This document shows positions 46,485 to 56,512 of a stretch of DNA of 64,000 bases, piece after piece. The position numbers were made by a program, and so were the translations under genes. Position 1 is the stretch's first letter. Every line of letters starts with the position of its first letter. The notes below the pieces were generated by a model. The model saw nothing but the letters and a program-made list of their open reading frames with translations. It ran no database searches and had not been told where the DNA came from. Origin of the DNA: Spirochaetota bacterium (GTDB lineage Bacteria > Spirochaetota > UBA4802 > UBA5550); contig JBNKTL010000013.1 of assembly GCA_050298055.1 (NCBI GenBank), forward strand, positions 30,447-94,446. Reading direction: 5' to 3'.

Positions 46485-48629
46485 TTAAATCTCGATAAAA
46501 TTTCCCCAGTCTTTTTTATCCCTTCTATGAGTAAAAATAATAATCTGTCTCTGCCGGGAGATATAGGTAATTAACTCTCTGAATCGATTGATTCTGTCAT
46601 CATCCATAAAAAGAAACGGATCGTCAATAATAAATGGTAAAGAGAGATTGTTATCCTTTAAAAAATCCGTCAGAGCCAGTTTTACTGAAAGATAGAGCAG
46701 GTGAACTGTCTGTGCATTAAATTCAGCGGGCTTTGTATTTTCAACAAGAATTCTTTTAATAAGTTTTTTATCCACATTCCCGATCTCCTTGTTCTCGGTA
46801 AGAAAATTAAATCTCTCATATGAAAGATTAACCAGCCGGGAAAGCTGCTTCTCCTCGTTGTGCAGTACAGCTTCCTCCATGATCTCCATAATAAAATGAA
46901 GTGACATCTCTGTGGATTTTATCATACTGAGCCTTTTGGTTGTTTCTTCCCTGGATCCGTCAAGAATTTCAATACTGCTTCTGTCTTCAGGATTTTCACC
47001 GATCTCAGCATCTATCTGGCCGAGTATCTTTTTTTTCAGCTCAATCTCCCTGCTGATCTTTCTGATATCCGTTTCAGCCAGTGTTATCAGCTCCCTGATC
47101 TTACGTGATTCAAGTTCAATATCACTGTTATCTTCAAGTGAATTTATACAGTTGTTTATCTCGCTCCTTGTTTCATCATCGAGTTTCTTCAGCTGGTTTA
47201 ATTCATTTTTTATTTTTTTTAAATGTTCATTGTCCTTTAATGAATCTTCCATTGTGATAAGATCTTTCGACTTTTCAGTAAACTCAATATACTCCTCAAA
47301 ATACTGCAGGAGAAACTCATAGAGTTCACTCAACTTGTATCCTTCAAGGTCTACATTGTTTTCATTTAAGACCTTTTTCAGCTTATCTTCAAGGTCATTT
47401 TTTTCATTGCCGAATAAAACAACTTTATCAGATTTTGATGAAATTATTGAATGAAGCAGCAGGAGCAGAGATGATATCAGGGAAAATCCAAAGATCCCTG
47501 CAAGGACAAAAAGATCTTCTTTAAAAGAAAAACCGTTGTGATACAGGATTGAAAATATTACGGAAAAAGCGGAAAGATTTATGGCAAGACCCACTTTTTT
47601 CAGCCGGTTCCTTGTCACTTCCCTTTTGTTAAAAAATTTATCAATTTTCTCATTGAGGTTTCTTATTTCACTGTATATTTCCTGAAGTTTATCCAGACTG
47701 CTGTTATCAATATCCCGTATATTCCGGAACTGGGGAAAAAGCTTATCAAGCTCCTTTCTTATCTCAGTAACAGTTTTCCTTTTTCTCTTCTCATCCTCAA
47801 ACTCGTTCCTGATCCGTTCATAGTTCTCCCTGAACTCGCTGGCTTTACCGAGGTTTTCCAGAATCCTGTGAAGGACCTCATGCCTGCTGTTAAGTCTCTT
47901 GAGGCTGCCTTCCATCTCCTTCAGTTCATTGAGAACTTCATTTCTCTCATTATGAAGTTTGCTGACCCGGGAATTTTTCATATCGAAAATCTGGACTTTC
48001 TTATCAATTTCATGCAGCTGGTTTTCCAGATCTTTTATATTCTTATCAAGAATATTCCGGGAACCTTCGGTTCCGGAGAGCCAGGCCTTAAGATCATTAT
48101 ACTTTTTGTAAAAGCCCGTGCTGTCAGAGAGTATAATGTCCTTAATACTCCGGTAGTCGAGGTTATGGACCGATTCCATCTCTGTTGGAGAAGGGATAAA
48201 AGAGGTGCTGGTAAATGAGTTGATGTTCACATTGCTGATAAAGCTTTTAAGCATGTTTCCATTGGAGAGTTTTTCAATATCAATCCTGCCGTTTTTCCCG
48301 TTTTCGGTCACATCATCGGAGTAGATAATGTGGTCCTTTGAATTATCCAGGGACCTTATGGTCAGGTACCGGGAACTGTTGTTTGAAAACTGGTAACTGC
48401 TTTTTTCATCAAGCTGAAAGCGCACATCGATAAAGAGGGAGTTCCAGAGGTCATCGGGAAGCAGTCCATTTCCGCTGAACCTTCTCCAGATCCCTTCAAT
48501 AAGACATCTTGCGATAAGGCTTTTGCCCGATCCGTTCTTTCCGCTCACCAGGGTCAGACTTTTGTCAAAGTCAACAACCACGTTATCCAGGAGACCCGGT
48601 TTTGATACTATGCACCTGTTATACTGCAA
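46485..48629 (-). CDS. SMC/Rad50-like (YhaN-type) coiled-coil ATPase with central TM pair
   Basis: GKNGSGKS Walker A, long coiled coils, two hydrophobic segments, LPFIIDDPF Walker B, QIIIFTH. Confidence 0.85.
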   Translation of the reverse strand: MQYNRCIVSKPGLLDNVVVDFDKSLTLVSGKNGSGKSLIARCLIEGIWRRFSGNGLLPDDLWNSLFIDVRFQLDEKSSYQFSNNSSRYLTIRSLDNSKDHIIYSDDVTENGKNGRIDIEKLSNGNMLKSFISNVNINSFTSTSFIPSPTEMESVHNLDYRSIKDIILSDSTGFYKKYNDLKAWLSGTEGSRNILDKNIKDLENQLHEIDKKVQIFDMKNSRVSKLHNERNEVLNELKEMEGSLKRLNSRHEVLHRILENLGKASEFRENYERIRNEFEDEKRKRKTVTEIRKELDKLFPQFRNIRDIDNSSLDKLQEIYSEIRNLNEKIDKFFNKREVTRNRLKKVGLAINLSAFSVIFSILYHNGFSFKEDLFVLAGIFGFSLISSLLLLLHSIISSKSDKVVLFGNEKNDLEDKLKKVLNENNVDLEGYKLSELYEFLLQYFEEYIEFTEKSKDLITMEDSLKDNEHLKKIKNELNQLKKLDDETRSEINNCINSLEDNSDIELESRKIRELITLAETDIRKISREIELKKKILGQIDAEIGENPEDRSSIEILDGSREETTKRLSMIKSTEMSLHFIMEIMEEAVLHNEEKQLSRLVNLSYERFNFLTENKEIGNVDKKLIKRILVENTKPAEFNAQTVHLLYLSVKLALTDFLKDNNLSLPFIIDDPFLFMDDDRINRFRELITYISRQRQIIIFTHRRDKKDWGNFIEI

Positions 48630-49744
48630 AAATACTCCTCCAGTGACTCAACCCCATCGTTTACATAGATTTTAATGAGTTTGTACAGATCAAATTTGTC
48701 AATGATATCGGGGACTTCATTCTTCTCAATTTTTCTGTTGAGTACCCGGGAGAATTCACCCCTTATGCTCTCCTCCCCGGTATATTCTTCCAGAAATATG
48801 CCAAACGAGGGGACCGAGCTGTCTTCTATGATAAGATCCAGGTAGAGCTCCCTGTATTTTTCTATCTCATCCGTATCAATTTTAAAAGTTCTGATTCCAT
48901 TAAGCTGGAGTCTCAATATTATTTTGCCTGACGCGTTTTCTTCAATCTTTTCAAGGACCTGTTCAAAGCTGCCGGTCTCTGAACAGTCAATCTTCATTTC
49001 CTGGATTTTAATTGAATTTATTGAGAGCCTCCTGATATTCTCAATCCTGTTCTCCTTTGCATAGATGGATATTATATATCTCTCTCCTGTTTCTTCAATT
49101 GATACCGGTTCCGGAGTCCCCGGGTGTACGCCAATAATCCTGTCCATCACTTTAAAGATCCTGAAGTTATGATTATTCCCCATAGCATAAAAATCGAGGC
49201 CCATGGATTTAATATCCTCCCTCTGGATAGTCCTTGGGGATACTTCAGAATTTCCGTTTTTTGAAGAAAAACCCGCATAGAACAGCCCGATATTTATCCC
49301 TCCCGATTTAATGCATCTGATACTCGACAGGTCATATTCCGCTGATGCCGGGTATCCATGGACCGTAAGCAGCTGATCACCTTTACTGAAACCATAGGAC
49401 ATATCCTTTTCATCACCGCTGAAAAGATGGGAAAAACTGAGATTTTTAATTTCATCGGCGACTTTCCCGCTTTTATCCAGGTCTCCCGCCCCGGGTGAAA
49501 AGAGAACCTCAGTCCCTGATTCCTGCAGGTATTTGAGTTCCCTTTCAAGTTCACGAAAGACTTTCCGGTCAATATCAACAGTATGAAAAAGGTCACCTGC
49601 TATCATCAGGATATCAAACTCCCGTGCAATGGATACAATTCTTCTAAAGGTATTCATTCTTTCATCATTGGAGATTTTCAGCTTTTCGGAATCAATCCCA
49701 AGGTGAATATCAGAAGTAAAGAGTAATTTGATAACTTCTTCCAT
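48608..49744 (-). CDS. Mre11/SbcD/YhaO-family metallophosphoesterase with divergent motifs
   Basis: SDIHLG, IAGDLFH, PGTPEP...ETGER; GNHD and GHxH motifs altered. Confidence 0.82.
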   Translation of the reverse strand: MEEVIKLLFTSDIHLGIDSEKLKISNDERMNTFRRIVSIAREFDILMIAGDLFHTVDIDRKVFRELERELKYLQESGTEVLFSPGAGDLDKSGKVADEIKNLSFSHLFSGDEKDMSYGFSKGDQLLTVHGYPASAEYDLSSIRCIKSGGINIGLFYAGFSSKNGNSEVSPRTIQREDIKSMGLDFYAMGNNHNFRIFKVMDRIIGVHPGTPEPVSIEETGERYIISIYAKENRIENIRRLSINSIKIQEMKIDCSETGSFEQVLEKIEENASGKIILRLQLNGIRTFKIDTDEIEKYRELYLDLIIEDSSVPSFGIFLEEYTGEESIRGEFSRVLNRKIEKNEVPDIIDKFDLYKLIKIYVNDGVESLEEYFCSITGA

Positions 49745-49916
49745 AGTGATTACTTGTTAAAATAATGGTTTTTACTACCTGGCTTTATGATTACAAATAT
49801 ATATTAATATTAATAATATTTTTTTACGCAGAATTATCCTTATAGTTATTTTCGTACAGAATATTACAATTCTGAAGCAATAATAATCAAGTAAATAATA
49901 ATTAAGAGGATTTTTG

Positions 49917-50028
49917 GCCACAGAGGCACAGAGAGACAGAGAAGAGGGAAGAAGAGTTTTTCACACAGAGAAAGAGAGATAAAAATAAAAGGGAAAAGTC
50001 AATGAATGACAATGAAACCCTCTGTGGC
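49917..50028. repeat. Purine-rich CACAGAG repeat element with 10-bp inverted ends
   Basis: GCCACAGAGGCACAGAGAGACAGAG ... CACACAGAG ... CCTCTGTGGC. Confidence 0.6.
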
Positions 50029-50042
50029 TACTTTTAAATAAA

Positions 50043-50624
50043 TTAAATCGCTTCATGATCCAGGAGGAAGTCCTTGATCTTCACTCCCCCGGAATAGAAC
50101 CCCCTGGTTCCGTCACTCTTAATAATCCTGTGACAGGGGAGCATAATGGGAAAAAGATTTTTTGCCATTGTTGTACCGATAAAACGCGCAGCACCGGGAT
50201 TACCCGATTTCACTGCAAGTTCACCATAGCTCAAGGTCTTTCCCGGTCCCACCCCGAGTAGGGATTCATAAACTTTCTGCTCATTTTCGGTAAATCTGCT
50301 GATATCAAGGAAAAGCTTCTCCCCGGTTTTTCCCGTCATCCCCCCCCTGTTTTTCAGGAGAGAGATTTTTACCGGCATGGTATGGCCGTTCCCCTGAAAA
50401 TAGGCATCAAGATATTTTCCGGCCAAATCCACCTGAAGTCCCTTTTTCCCCTGGAGGAAAATGGTATATCTCTTTTTATTTGAGAGGCTTGAATCAAAAA
50501 CCACTGCCTTGAGGGATCTGTCATCACCGAAAATGTATATTTCACCCAGAGGGGCGCTGTATTTGCCGCATGATATACACTGAAAGCTCCGGAGATAGTG
50601 TAAAAGGTCAGTTCCCTTTTTCAT
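50043..50624 (-). CDS. ogt: Methylated-DNA-[protein]-cysteine S-methyltransferase
   Basis: GKTLSYGELA...AAR.IG, LPCHRII active site, LL.HE. Confidence 0.92.
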   Translation of the reverse strand: MKKGTDLLHYLRSFQCISCGKYSAPLGEIYIFGDDRSLKAVVFDSSLSNKKRYTIFLQGKKGLQVDLAGKYLDAYFQGNGHTMPVKISLLKNRGGMTGKTGEKLFLDISRFTENEQKVYESLLGVGPGKTLSYGELAVKSGNPGAARFIGTTMAKNLFPIMLPCHRIIKSDGTRGFYSGGVKIKDFLLDHEAI

Positions 50625-51553
50625 GTTTTTTCAAAAAGCTTCATTATCCTGATTTTGTCCGCATTCAGCTGTTTCGCGAGTTCTTCGGAAGATCCAAATT
50701 TCATTTCACTCCTGATCCTGCTGTAAAACTCAACAGAGATATCCGTACCGTAAATATCATGGTTAAAATCAAAGATATTCACTTCGATGCTTCTCTTTCC
50801 CTGGGAAAAAGTCGGGTTGTAGCCGATATTTACCATCCCCTTTTTTCTTTTTCCATCCCCGAGGTTAAGGAAAACCGCGTAAACACCGTCACCGGGGATA
50901 ATCTTCTCAGGATCGTATGAGATAATATTTGCAGTGGGGAACCCGATCTTTCTTCCTCTTCCCTCTCCCTGTATGACCTTGCCGGTAAAGGAATACTTTC
51001 TGCCCAGGAGCGAATTTACAGTTTCCATGTTTCCCTTAAGAATCTCATCCCTGAGCCATGTTGAGGAGACCGGCCGGGAATCGTAAATTTCGGCATCGAC
51101 CCTTGTTACACCAATCCCGGTGGATTCCGAAAGCTCCATGAGAAGTTCAACATTTCCTTCACGGTTTTTGCCAAAGGCATGATCGTATCCGATGACAATC
51201 TCCTTTGCCCCTATCTTTTCCACCAGGAATCTGTGAAAAAACTTCCGCGCATCAAGGGCCGCAATCTCCCGGGAAAAATCAAGGAGGATCGTATACTTAA
51301 TCCCGAAATCCTCCATGGCCTTAAGCTTCTCCTCGGTTGTAGTGATCAATTTTGGCCCCTCATGGGGACTGATCAGCTTCCGGGGATGAGAGGAGAAGGT
51401 GAGCACAATGGATTCGCCGCTGCAGCAGCCTGCCATCTCTAAAAGTTTTCTGAATATCTTCTGGTGCCCGATATGCACACCATCATATGTTCCAATTGTA
51501 ACTACCGGACAATTGAAATAGAGCTTTTCGGGAAGTTTTGTAAAGACCTTCAT
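50621..51553 (-). CDS. ribF: Bifunctional riboflavin kinase/FAD synthetase
   Basis: IGTYDGVHIGHQ, GYDHAFG, VSST, GFPTAN, NIGYNPTF. Confidence 0.96.
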   Translation of the reverse strand: MKVFTKLPEKLYFNCPVVTIGTYDGVHIGHQKIFRKLLEMAGCCSGESIVLTFSSHPRKLISPHEGPKLITTTEEKLKAMEDFGIKYTILLDFSREIAALDARKFFHRFLVEKIGAKEIVIGYDHAFGKNREGNVELLMELSESTGIGVTRVDAEIYDSRPVSSTWLRDEILKGNMETVNSLLGRKYSFTGKVIQGEGRGRKIGFPTANIISYDPEKIIPGDGVYAVFLNLGDGKRKKGMVNIGYNPTFSQGKRSIEVNIFDFNHDIYGTDISVEFYSRIRSEMKFGSSEELAKQLNADKIRIMKLFEKT

Positions 51554-51580
51554 GTGTAAAAGTTGTTTTATTTATAAATA

Positions 51581-51709
51581 GTAACTGCTCAAGCTTAGTA
51601 TATTCAATAAAAAAGATAACTGATATGTCCCCGCCGCCTTTGGCGGCGGGGACATATTGTTGATATTTTAGTCAATAGGTTGATTATAGCCATATAATTG
51701 AGTAGTTAC
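51581..51709. mobile_element. TIR + GC-hairpin miniature element, family 4, copy F
   Basis: GTAACTGCTCAA ... ATATGTCCCCGCCGCC-ttt-GGCGGCGGGGACATAT ... TTGAGTAGTTAC; abuts the aroC stop. Confidence 0.78.
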
Positions 51710-53037
51710 TATGAATATTTTTTATTCATCTCCTGGTATGCGAGGTTGAGAATATACTGGTCCAGAACAATCATAGCGGTAAAAGCCTCGGCAACCGGCC
51801 AGATTCTTGATACAATTGTCGGGTCCCTTCGTGTAACCGCAGAGAGGGTCGCGTCCTCAAGGGATACCTTATCTATTGTCTGCTGGTCCCTGGCAATTGT
51901 CGGAGTGGGTTTGATTGCGAGCCTCACAACAATATCCTGGCCTGTCGTGAGTCCCCCTGTTATGCCACCGCTGTTGTTTTTTGTAAACGCGACTTTACCG
52001 TTCTCCATATGCATCTGGTCGTTGCACTGGAAACCGGTCATATCCTTTACGTTCATTCCGGCACCGATCTCCACAGCCTTGACCGTACCAATACTCATCA
52101 GCCTGCCAAGCTCACCGTCAAGCTTGCTGAAAACAGGCTCCCCAAGCCCGGCGGGAACGCCTGTTACCACAACTTCAACAATACCGCCGCTGGAATCTCC
52201 CGAGTCCCTGATTTCAAGGATCTTCGCATGCATGGCCCTGGCCGTCTCAAAATCGGGACAGTTGAGAACGGGATGGATTCCCTTCTCCGCAAGTTCGGCA
52301 ACAGTGCTCTCTTCCAGCTTGCCCCTTTTAATCTCCGGGATCATCTTCTCCACTTCAGCCAGTACCTGCATCTTTTCCAGGAACCTCATTCCCGGTTTAA
52401 ATCTCTTTTCTCCGAAAATCAGCTGATAGATGGGATCGTTATCTCTCCTGAACTCCTTAAACTCCCGGACCCTCTCTCTTGCCGTATCATAATCCATTGA
52501 AGGCATTTTGATGCCCGCCGCTTCTTTTACATATGAGAACACCTCTACGCCATGATCTTTTAAGATCTTCTTCGCCACAACACCCGCGGCCACAATTGTG
52601 GATGTATATCTCCCGCTGAATATCCCCGCACCGATGGAATCGTCCCACTGCCCGTACTTCTGGTATGACGCGTAGGAAGCATGTCCGGGCCTCGGGGTCC
52701 TGTTCGTGGTCCTGTACTGTTCAATGTGCTCGAAATGCCTGTCCAGGTTTGGGATAAGGATAACAAAAGGAGTGCCGTTTGTGTATCCTTCATTCTTGAA
52801 TCCGGTCATGGTATCGGCGGCATTCACTCCGCTGTAGATGACCGGAATATCCGGTTCTCTTCTGGGTGATGAGAGTTCCCCCTGTCCCGGTTTTCTCTGA
52901 AGAAGCTCCGAGTAGATCTCACTCTCCTCGAAAAAGAGTCCGGAGGGCACTCCCTGTATATGTGTTGTCAGACCCTCCTGGTATGAACCACCGGCAACTG
53001 TGACCTGAAAGAACTTTCCGTAATTACAGCCAATCAT
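51709..53037 (-). CDS. aroC: Chorismate synthase with an internal insertion
   Basis: RKPGQ..SSPRREPD, PRPGHA, SGRYT, GDSSGG, GLGEPVF.KLD, N.SGGITGG, KPTPTI, RRDP; start taken at ATG 53037. Confidence 0.93.
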   Translation of the reverse strand: MIGCNYGKFFQVTVAGGSYQEGLTTHIQGVPSGLFFEESEIYSELLQRKPGQGELSSPRREPDIPVIYSGVNAADTMTGFKNEGYTNGTPFVILIPNLDRHFEHIEQYRTTNRTPRPGHASYASYQKYGQWDDSIGAGIFSGRYTSTIVAAGVVAKKILKDHGVEVFSYVKEAAGIKMPSMDYDTARERVREFKEFRRDNDPIYQLIFGEKRFKPGMRFLEKMQVLAEVEKMIPEIKRGKLEESTVAELAEKGIHPVLNCPDFETARAMHAKILEIRDSGDSSGGIVEVVVTGVPAGLGEPVFSKLDGELGRLMSIGTVKAVEIGAGMNVKDMTGFQCNDQMHMENGKVAFTKNNSGGITGGLTTGQDIVVRLAIKPTPTIARDQQTIDKVSLEDATLSAVTRRDPTIVSRIWPVAEAFTAMIVLDQYILNLAYQEMNKKYS

Positions 53038-53208
53038 ATTACACTCCTTAAAACAACTTTCAAGATATAGTATTATTTCTGCAAACAAAATTGAATCTTT
53101 ATTTTCGCAGAACCATTGTCAAGTGTATTAATGGATAAAATGAATTGACGCTTCCAGCAACTCAATCTTATAATTAAAATAAATGTTACAACTTAGCTAT
53201 GTATAAAA

Positions 53209-54132
53209 ATGCAACCCTCATATATAAAACTTTACGAAAACGGAAAACTCAGGGAAATATCAGACACTCTTTATAAGAGTCTCGGGAACTGCAGGCTCTG
53301 TCCCCATAATTGCGGCGCGGACAGAATTGCCGGCAAAAAGGGAAAATGCAGATCGGGAGTGGAACCGGTTATTTCATCTTTCCATGCGCACTTTGGTGAA
53401 GAGGCATGTCTTGTGGGAAGAAAGGGTTCCGGGACAATATTCTTTACTCATTGCAACCTCTCATGCATCTTCTGTCAGAACTACGAAATATCCCAGCTTG
53501 AAAAGGGCGATACCATAAGCTGTGACGAACTTGCCGGTATAATGCTCCGCCTTCAGGGGAAGGGCTGCCACAATATCAACTTTGTTTCACCCACACATTT
53601 CATCTACCCTGTTGTTAAGGCCCTGGAAACCGCGGTCCCCGGGGGACTCACTCTTCCCCTTGTCTACAATTCCGGGGGATATGACTCCGCGGATACACTG
53701 CGGCTTCTGGAGGGTGTTTTCGATATCTACATGCCCGATTTCAAGTATATGGACTCGGAGAGAGGAGAAGAACTCAGCGGCGCCCGGGACTATCCCGGGG
53801 CAGCCATGGAAGCGCTCAGGGAGATGCACAGGCAGGTCGGAGACCTTAAACTCAACAGCATGGGGATTGCAGAGAGGGGACTCCTGGTGAGGCATCTCGT
53901 ACTTCCCAACAACCTGGCCGCTACGGACAGGGTTATGGGTTTCCTCGCGTCACTCTCAAAAGACACCTTCGTAAATATCATGGACCAGTACAGGCCTGAG
54001 TACAGGGCACGGGAGTGCTTTGATCTGAAGAGACGAATAACCCTGGCGGAATATGACAGGGCAAGAGAAAATGCAAAAGCTGCAGGACTTCACAGGCTCG
54101 ACAGCAAAGGAGCCGGGCTGAAATTCTTCTAA
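53209..54132 (+). CDS. Radical SAM protein, PflX-like
   Basis: CRLCPHNC, GSGTIFF, CNLSCIFCQN, DIYMPDFKY, LLVRHLVLP, NIMDQYRP. Confidence 0.92.
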   Translation: MQPSYIKLYENGKLREISDTLYKSLGNCRLCPHNCGADRIAGKKGKCRSGVEPVISSFHAHFGEEACLVGRKGSGTIFFTHCNLSCIFCQNYEISQLEKGDTISCDELAGIMLRLQGKGCHNINFVSPTHFIYPVVKALETAVPGGLTLPLVYNSGGYDSADTLRLLEGVFDIYMPDFKYMDSERGEELSGARDYPGAAMEALREMHRQVGDLKLNSMGIAERGLLVRHLVLPNNLAATDRVMGFLASLSKDTFVNIMDQYRPEYRARECFDLKRRITLAEYDRARENAKAAGLHRLDSKGAGLKFF

Positions 54133-54150
54133 CAAGGGATTCGGCTGGTT

Positions 54151-54510
54151 TTATTCTGACTCATTAAAGTACTTTTCCGAAGCTTCGATATTGGGAAACA
54201 CATGGATAAAATTCTCAATCTGGACAGCGTCAAAAACCTGGAGTATTGTCTCCCTCTTGCAGACAACTGCCACTTTCCCTCCCTGGGATTCAAACTCCCT
54301 GCCGATCATCACAAGATATGATATTCCCGTTGAGTCAATATAGGAAAGCCTGTCAAGAATGATTATGACCCGGGGTTTTTCAATGCCCTGAAGCAGCTCT
54401 TTGATTTTTTTTGATACGGAAGGGGTTTTAACGAGATCCAGTTCGTCGATTATGATCTCGATCAGGTAGATTGAATTATATTGAATAAGTTTTACTATCT
54501 CTTCATCCAT
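54151..54510 (-). CDS. STAS-domain anti-sigma factor antagonist
   Basis: LSYIDSTGI phosphorylation motif. Confidence 0.9.
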   Translation of the reverse strand: MDEEIVKLIQYNSIYLIEIIIDELDLVKTPSVSKKIKELLQGIEKPRVIIILDRLSYIDSTGISYLVMIGREFESQGGKVAVVCKRETILQVFDAVQIENFIHVFPNIEASEKYFNESE

Positions 54511-54519
54511 CTATTTTCT

Positions 54520-55149
54520 TTATTCCCGGTATATGCTGAAAATATAGTCAAGGATCCTGTTTCTCTCCCTGTCATGTATTCCCGTAAAAGTCACCTCATA
54601 AACATCTTCCGAACCGGTCAGGCTGCACTTCCCAATAAGTTCAAGATCAAAACCGTTTATGTCAATATGCCCCTTGTAAAAAGCTTCTTCCCGGAGGCTG
54701 TCACTGCATTTTAACCTGGCACTTCTGTCTCCCAGTTCAATGATCCTTCCTTTATGGAATTTGACCTTTTCCGTTGAAAATGTTTTCCCCCTGTCCCCTG
54801 TATCAAACAGGAAAAATTTTATGGGAAGATCAACCTCTGCGGCAATACATCTCCTTTCTCTCTGCCACTCAATCTCTTCCGTGTGGCCCAGGAACACAAT
54901 TCTGTTTTCAATCTCTATCTTACCCAGGACTTTTGAACGAAAGTCATAGGAAGCAACATCCTCAACCCAGAGATAGACATCAATTTCATCTCCCGGGTTG
55001 ATAAATTCCATAAATTCAGCATGCGCAAAGGCGGCGATATAATATTCATTTACTTCTATTACACTGAGCCGGGAATATCCGAAACCCTTTTTATAGACGC
55101 GCAATAGTGCATTCTCATCTATTTTTCTGGTTGATTCAAGTCTTTTCAT
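54520..55149 (-). CDS. PilZ-like (flagellar-brake type) protein
   Basis: QRERRC...ELGDRSARL resembles the PilZ RxxxR / DxSxxG region; C-terminal RNRILDYIF. Confidence 0.6.
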   Translation of the reverse strand: MKRLESTRKIDENALLRVYKKGFGYSRLSVIEVNEYYIAAFAHAEFMEFINPGDEIDVYLWVEDVASYDFRSKVLGKIEIENRIVFLGHTEEIEWQRERRCIAAEVDLPIKFFLFDTGDRGKTFSTEKVKFHKGRIIELGDRSARLKCSDSLREEAFYKGHIDINGFDLELIGKCSLTGSEDVYEVTFTGIHDRERNRILDYIFSIYRE

Positions 55150-55186
55150 TATCTTAAATTAAAAAATTGGAAAATAGAAAATATTC

Positions 55187-55328
55187 ATAACTGCTCAGAT
55201 ATGTATAAACTTCGCATGTTAATAAATAAAATATAACTGGCATGTCCCCGCCGCCGTAGGCGGCGGGGACATATCGTTGAAATATTGTTAAATATGCATA
55301 TTTTATCCATAATTAACTGAGAAGTTAC
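55187..55328. mobile_element. TIR + GC-hairpin miniature element, family 4, copy G
   Basis: ATAACTGCTCAG ... ATGTCCCCGCCGCC-gta-GGCGGCGGGGACAT ... CTGAGAAGTTAC. Confidence 0.78.
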
Positions 55329-55338
55329 AAAGATTCTT

Positions 55339-56508
55339 CTACAGGCTCTCCAGTGCTTCTTTGAACCTCGGGATGGAGTTTTCAATAACTTTGTCGGGGA
55401 TACAGAATGCAAGCCTAAAGTAACCGGGCTTCCCAAAACCCGTACCGGGTACCGCGAGTATATTGTATTTGAGAAGGTGATTAACAAACTTCATGTCATC
55501 CGGGACCGGTGATTTTACGAAGATATAAAACGCGCCTCCGGGCCTGTTAAACTCATAACCTGCGGAACTCAATCCAGAGGAAAGAATGTCTCTCCTCCTC
55601 TGGTAGGCTTCCCGGTCAACTTTCGATCCGGTCAACAGAGAGACCGCTCTCTGCATAAGTGCGGGAGCGTTCACAAACCCGAGGATCCTGTTACTGAGAA
55701 CAAGTCCTCCCATTAGCATGCTGAAATCCCTGCACTCCGGGTTAACCGCAACATATCCGATTCTCTCACCGGGAATGGAGAGTGTTTTGGAATAGGAGGT
55801 TGTAACAATTGAGTGACTGTACGCTTTAAGAACACTGGGGACTTTTATCCCGTCATAAACAATATCCCTGTACGGTTCGTCTGAGATAAGGAAGATCTCA
55901 CCATTGCTGTATTTTCTCAATGTATTGGAAAGGGCATCAATCTCCTCACTGCCGTAAACCTTTCCGGTGGGATTGTGAGGTGAAGTGATAAGGACTGCCT
56001 TTGTTTTGCTATTAATGGCATTTCGGATGTTATTGATATTCAGGCTGAAATCGTCATTTGTTTCAACGAGAACCATCTCTCCCCCATGATTATCGATGTA
56101 GAAACCATATTCCACAAAGTAGGGGCTGGGAACAATGACCTGGTCTCCCGGATTCAGCAGGGTCTTGAAGATGATATTCAGTCCCCCTGCCGCCCCGCAG
56201 GTCATGACAATACTCTCTTGAGTCAAAGAGATGCCATGATCCGATGAGACCTTTTCCGCTATCTTTGACCTTACTTCGGGAAAGCCCGCGTTTTGCATAT
56301 ACCCATGCACGCCGGGAGCGCTTTCAGCAACAAGGTCTTTAAGGGCATTAAAAAAATCCGCAGGTGGTTCAATATCAGGATTTCCCAGGCTGAAGTCAAA
56401 AACATTCTCTTCTCCCACTTGGCCCTTGAGCCGCGCCCCCTCTTCGAACATCTTCCTTATCCAGGATGACTTTTCAATTGAGGTTTTTATTTTATCCGAT
56501 ATGCTCAT
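55339..56508 (-). CDS. Class I/II PLP-dependent aminotransferase (aspartate aminotransferase-like)
   Basis: SWIRKMFEEG, FSLGNPD, PHNPTG, SDEPY, SYSKTLSIPGERIG; start taken at ATG 56508. Confidence 0.93.
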   Translation of the reverse strand: MSISDKIKTSIEKSSWIRKMFEEGARLKGQVGEENVFDFSLGNPDIEPPADFFNALKDLVAESAPGVHGYMQNAGFPEVRSKIAEKVSSDHGISLTQESIVMTCGAAGGLNIIFKTLLNPGDQVIVPSPYFVEYGFYIDNHGGEMVLVETNDDFSLNINNIRNAINSKTKAVLITSPHNPTGKVYGSEEIDALSNTLRKYSNGEIFLISDEPYRDIVYDGIKVPSVLKAYSHSIVTTSYSKTLSIPGERIGYVAVNPECRDFSMLMGGLVLSNRILGFVNAPALMQRAVSLLTGSKVDREAYQRRRDILSSGLSSAGYEFNRPGGAFYIFVKSPVPDDMKFVNHLLKYNILAVPGTGFGKPGYFRLAFCIPDKVIENSIPRFKEALESL

Positions 56509-56512
56509 TCTT

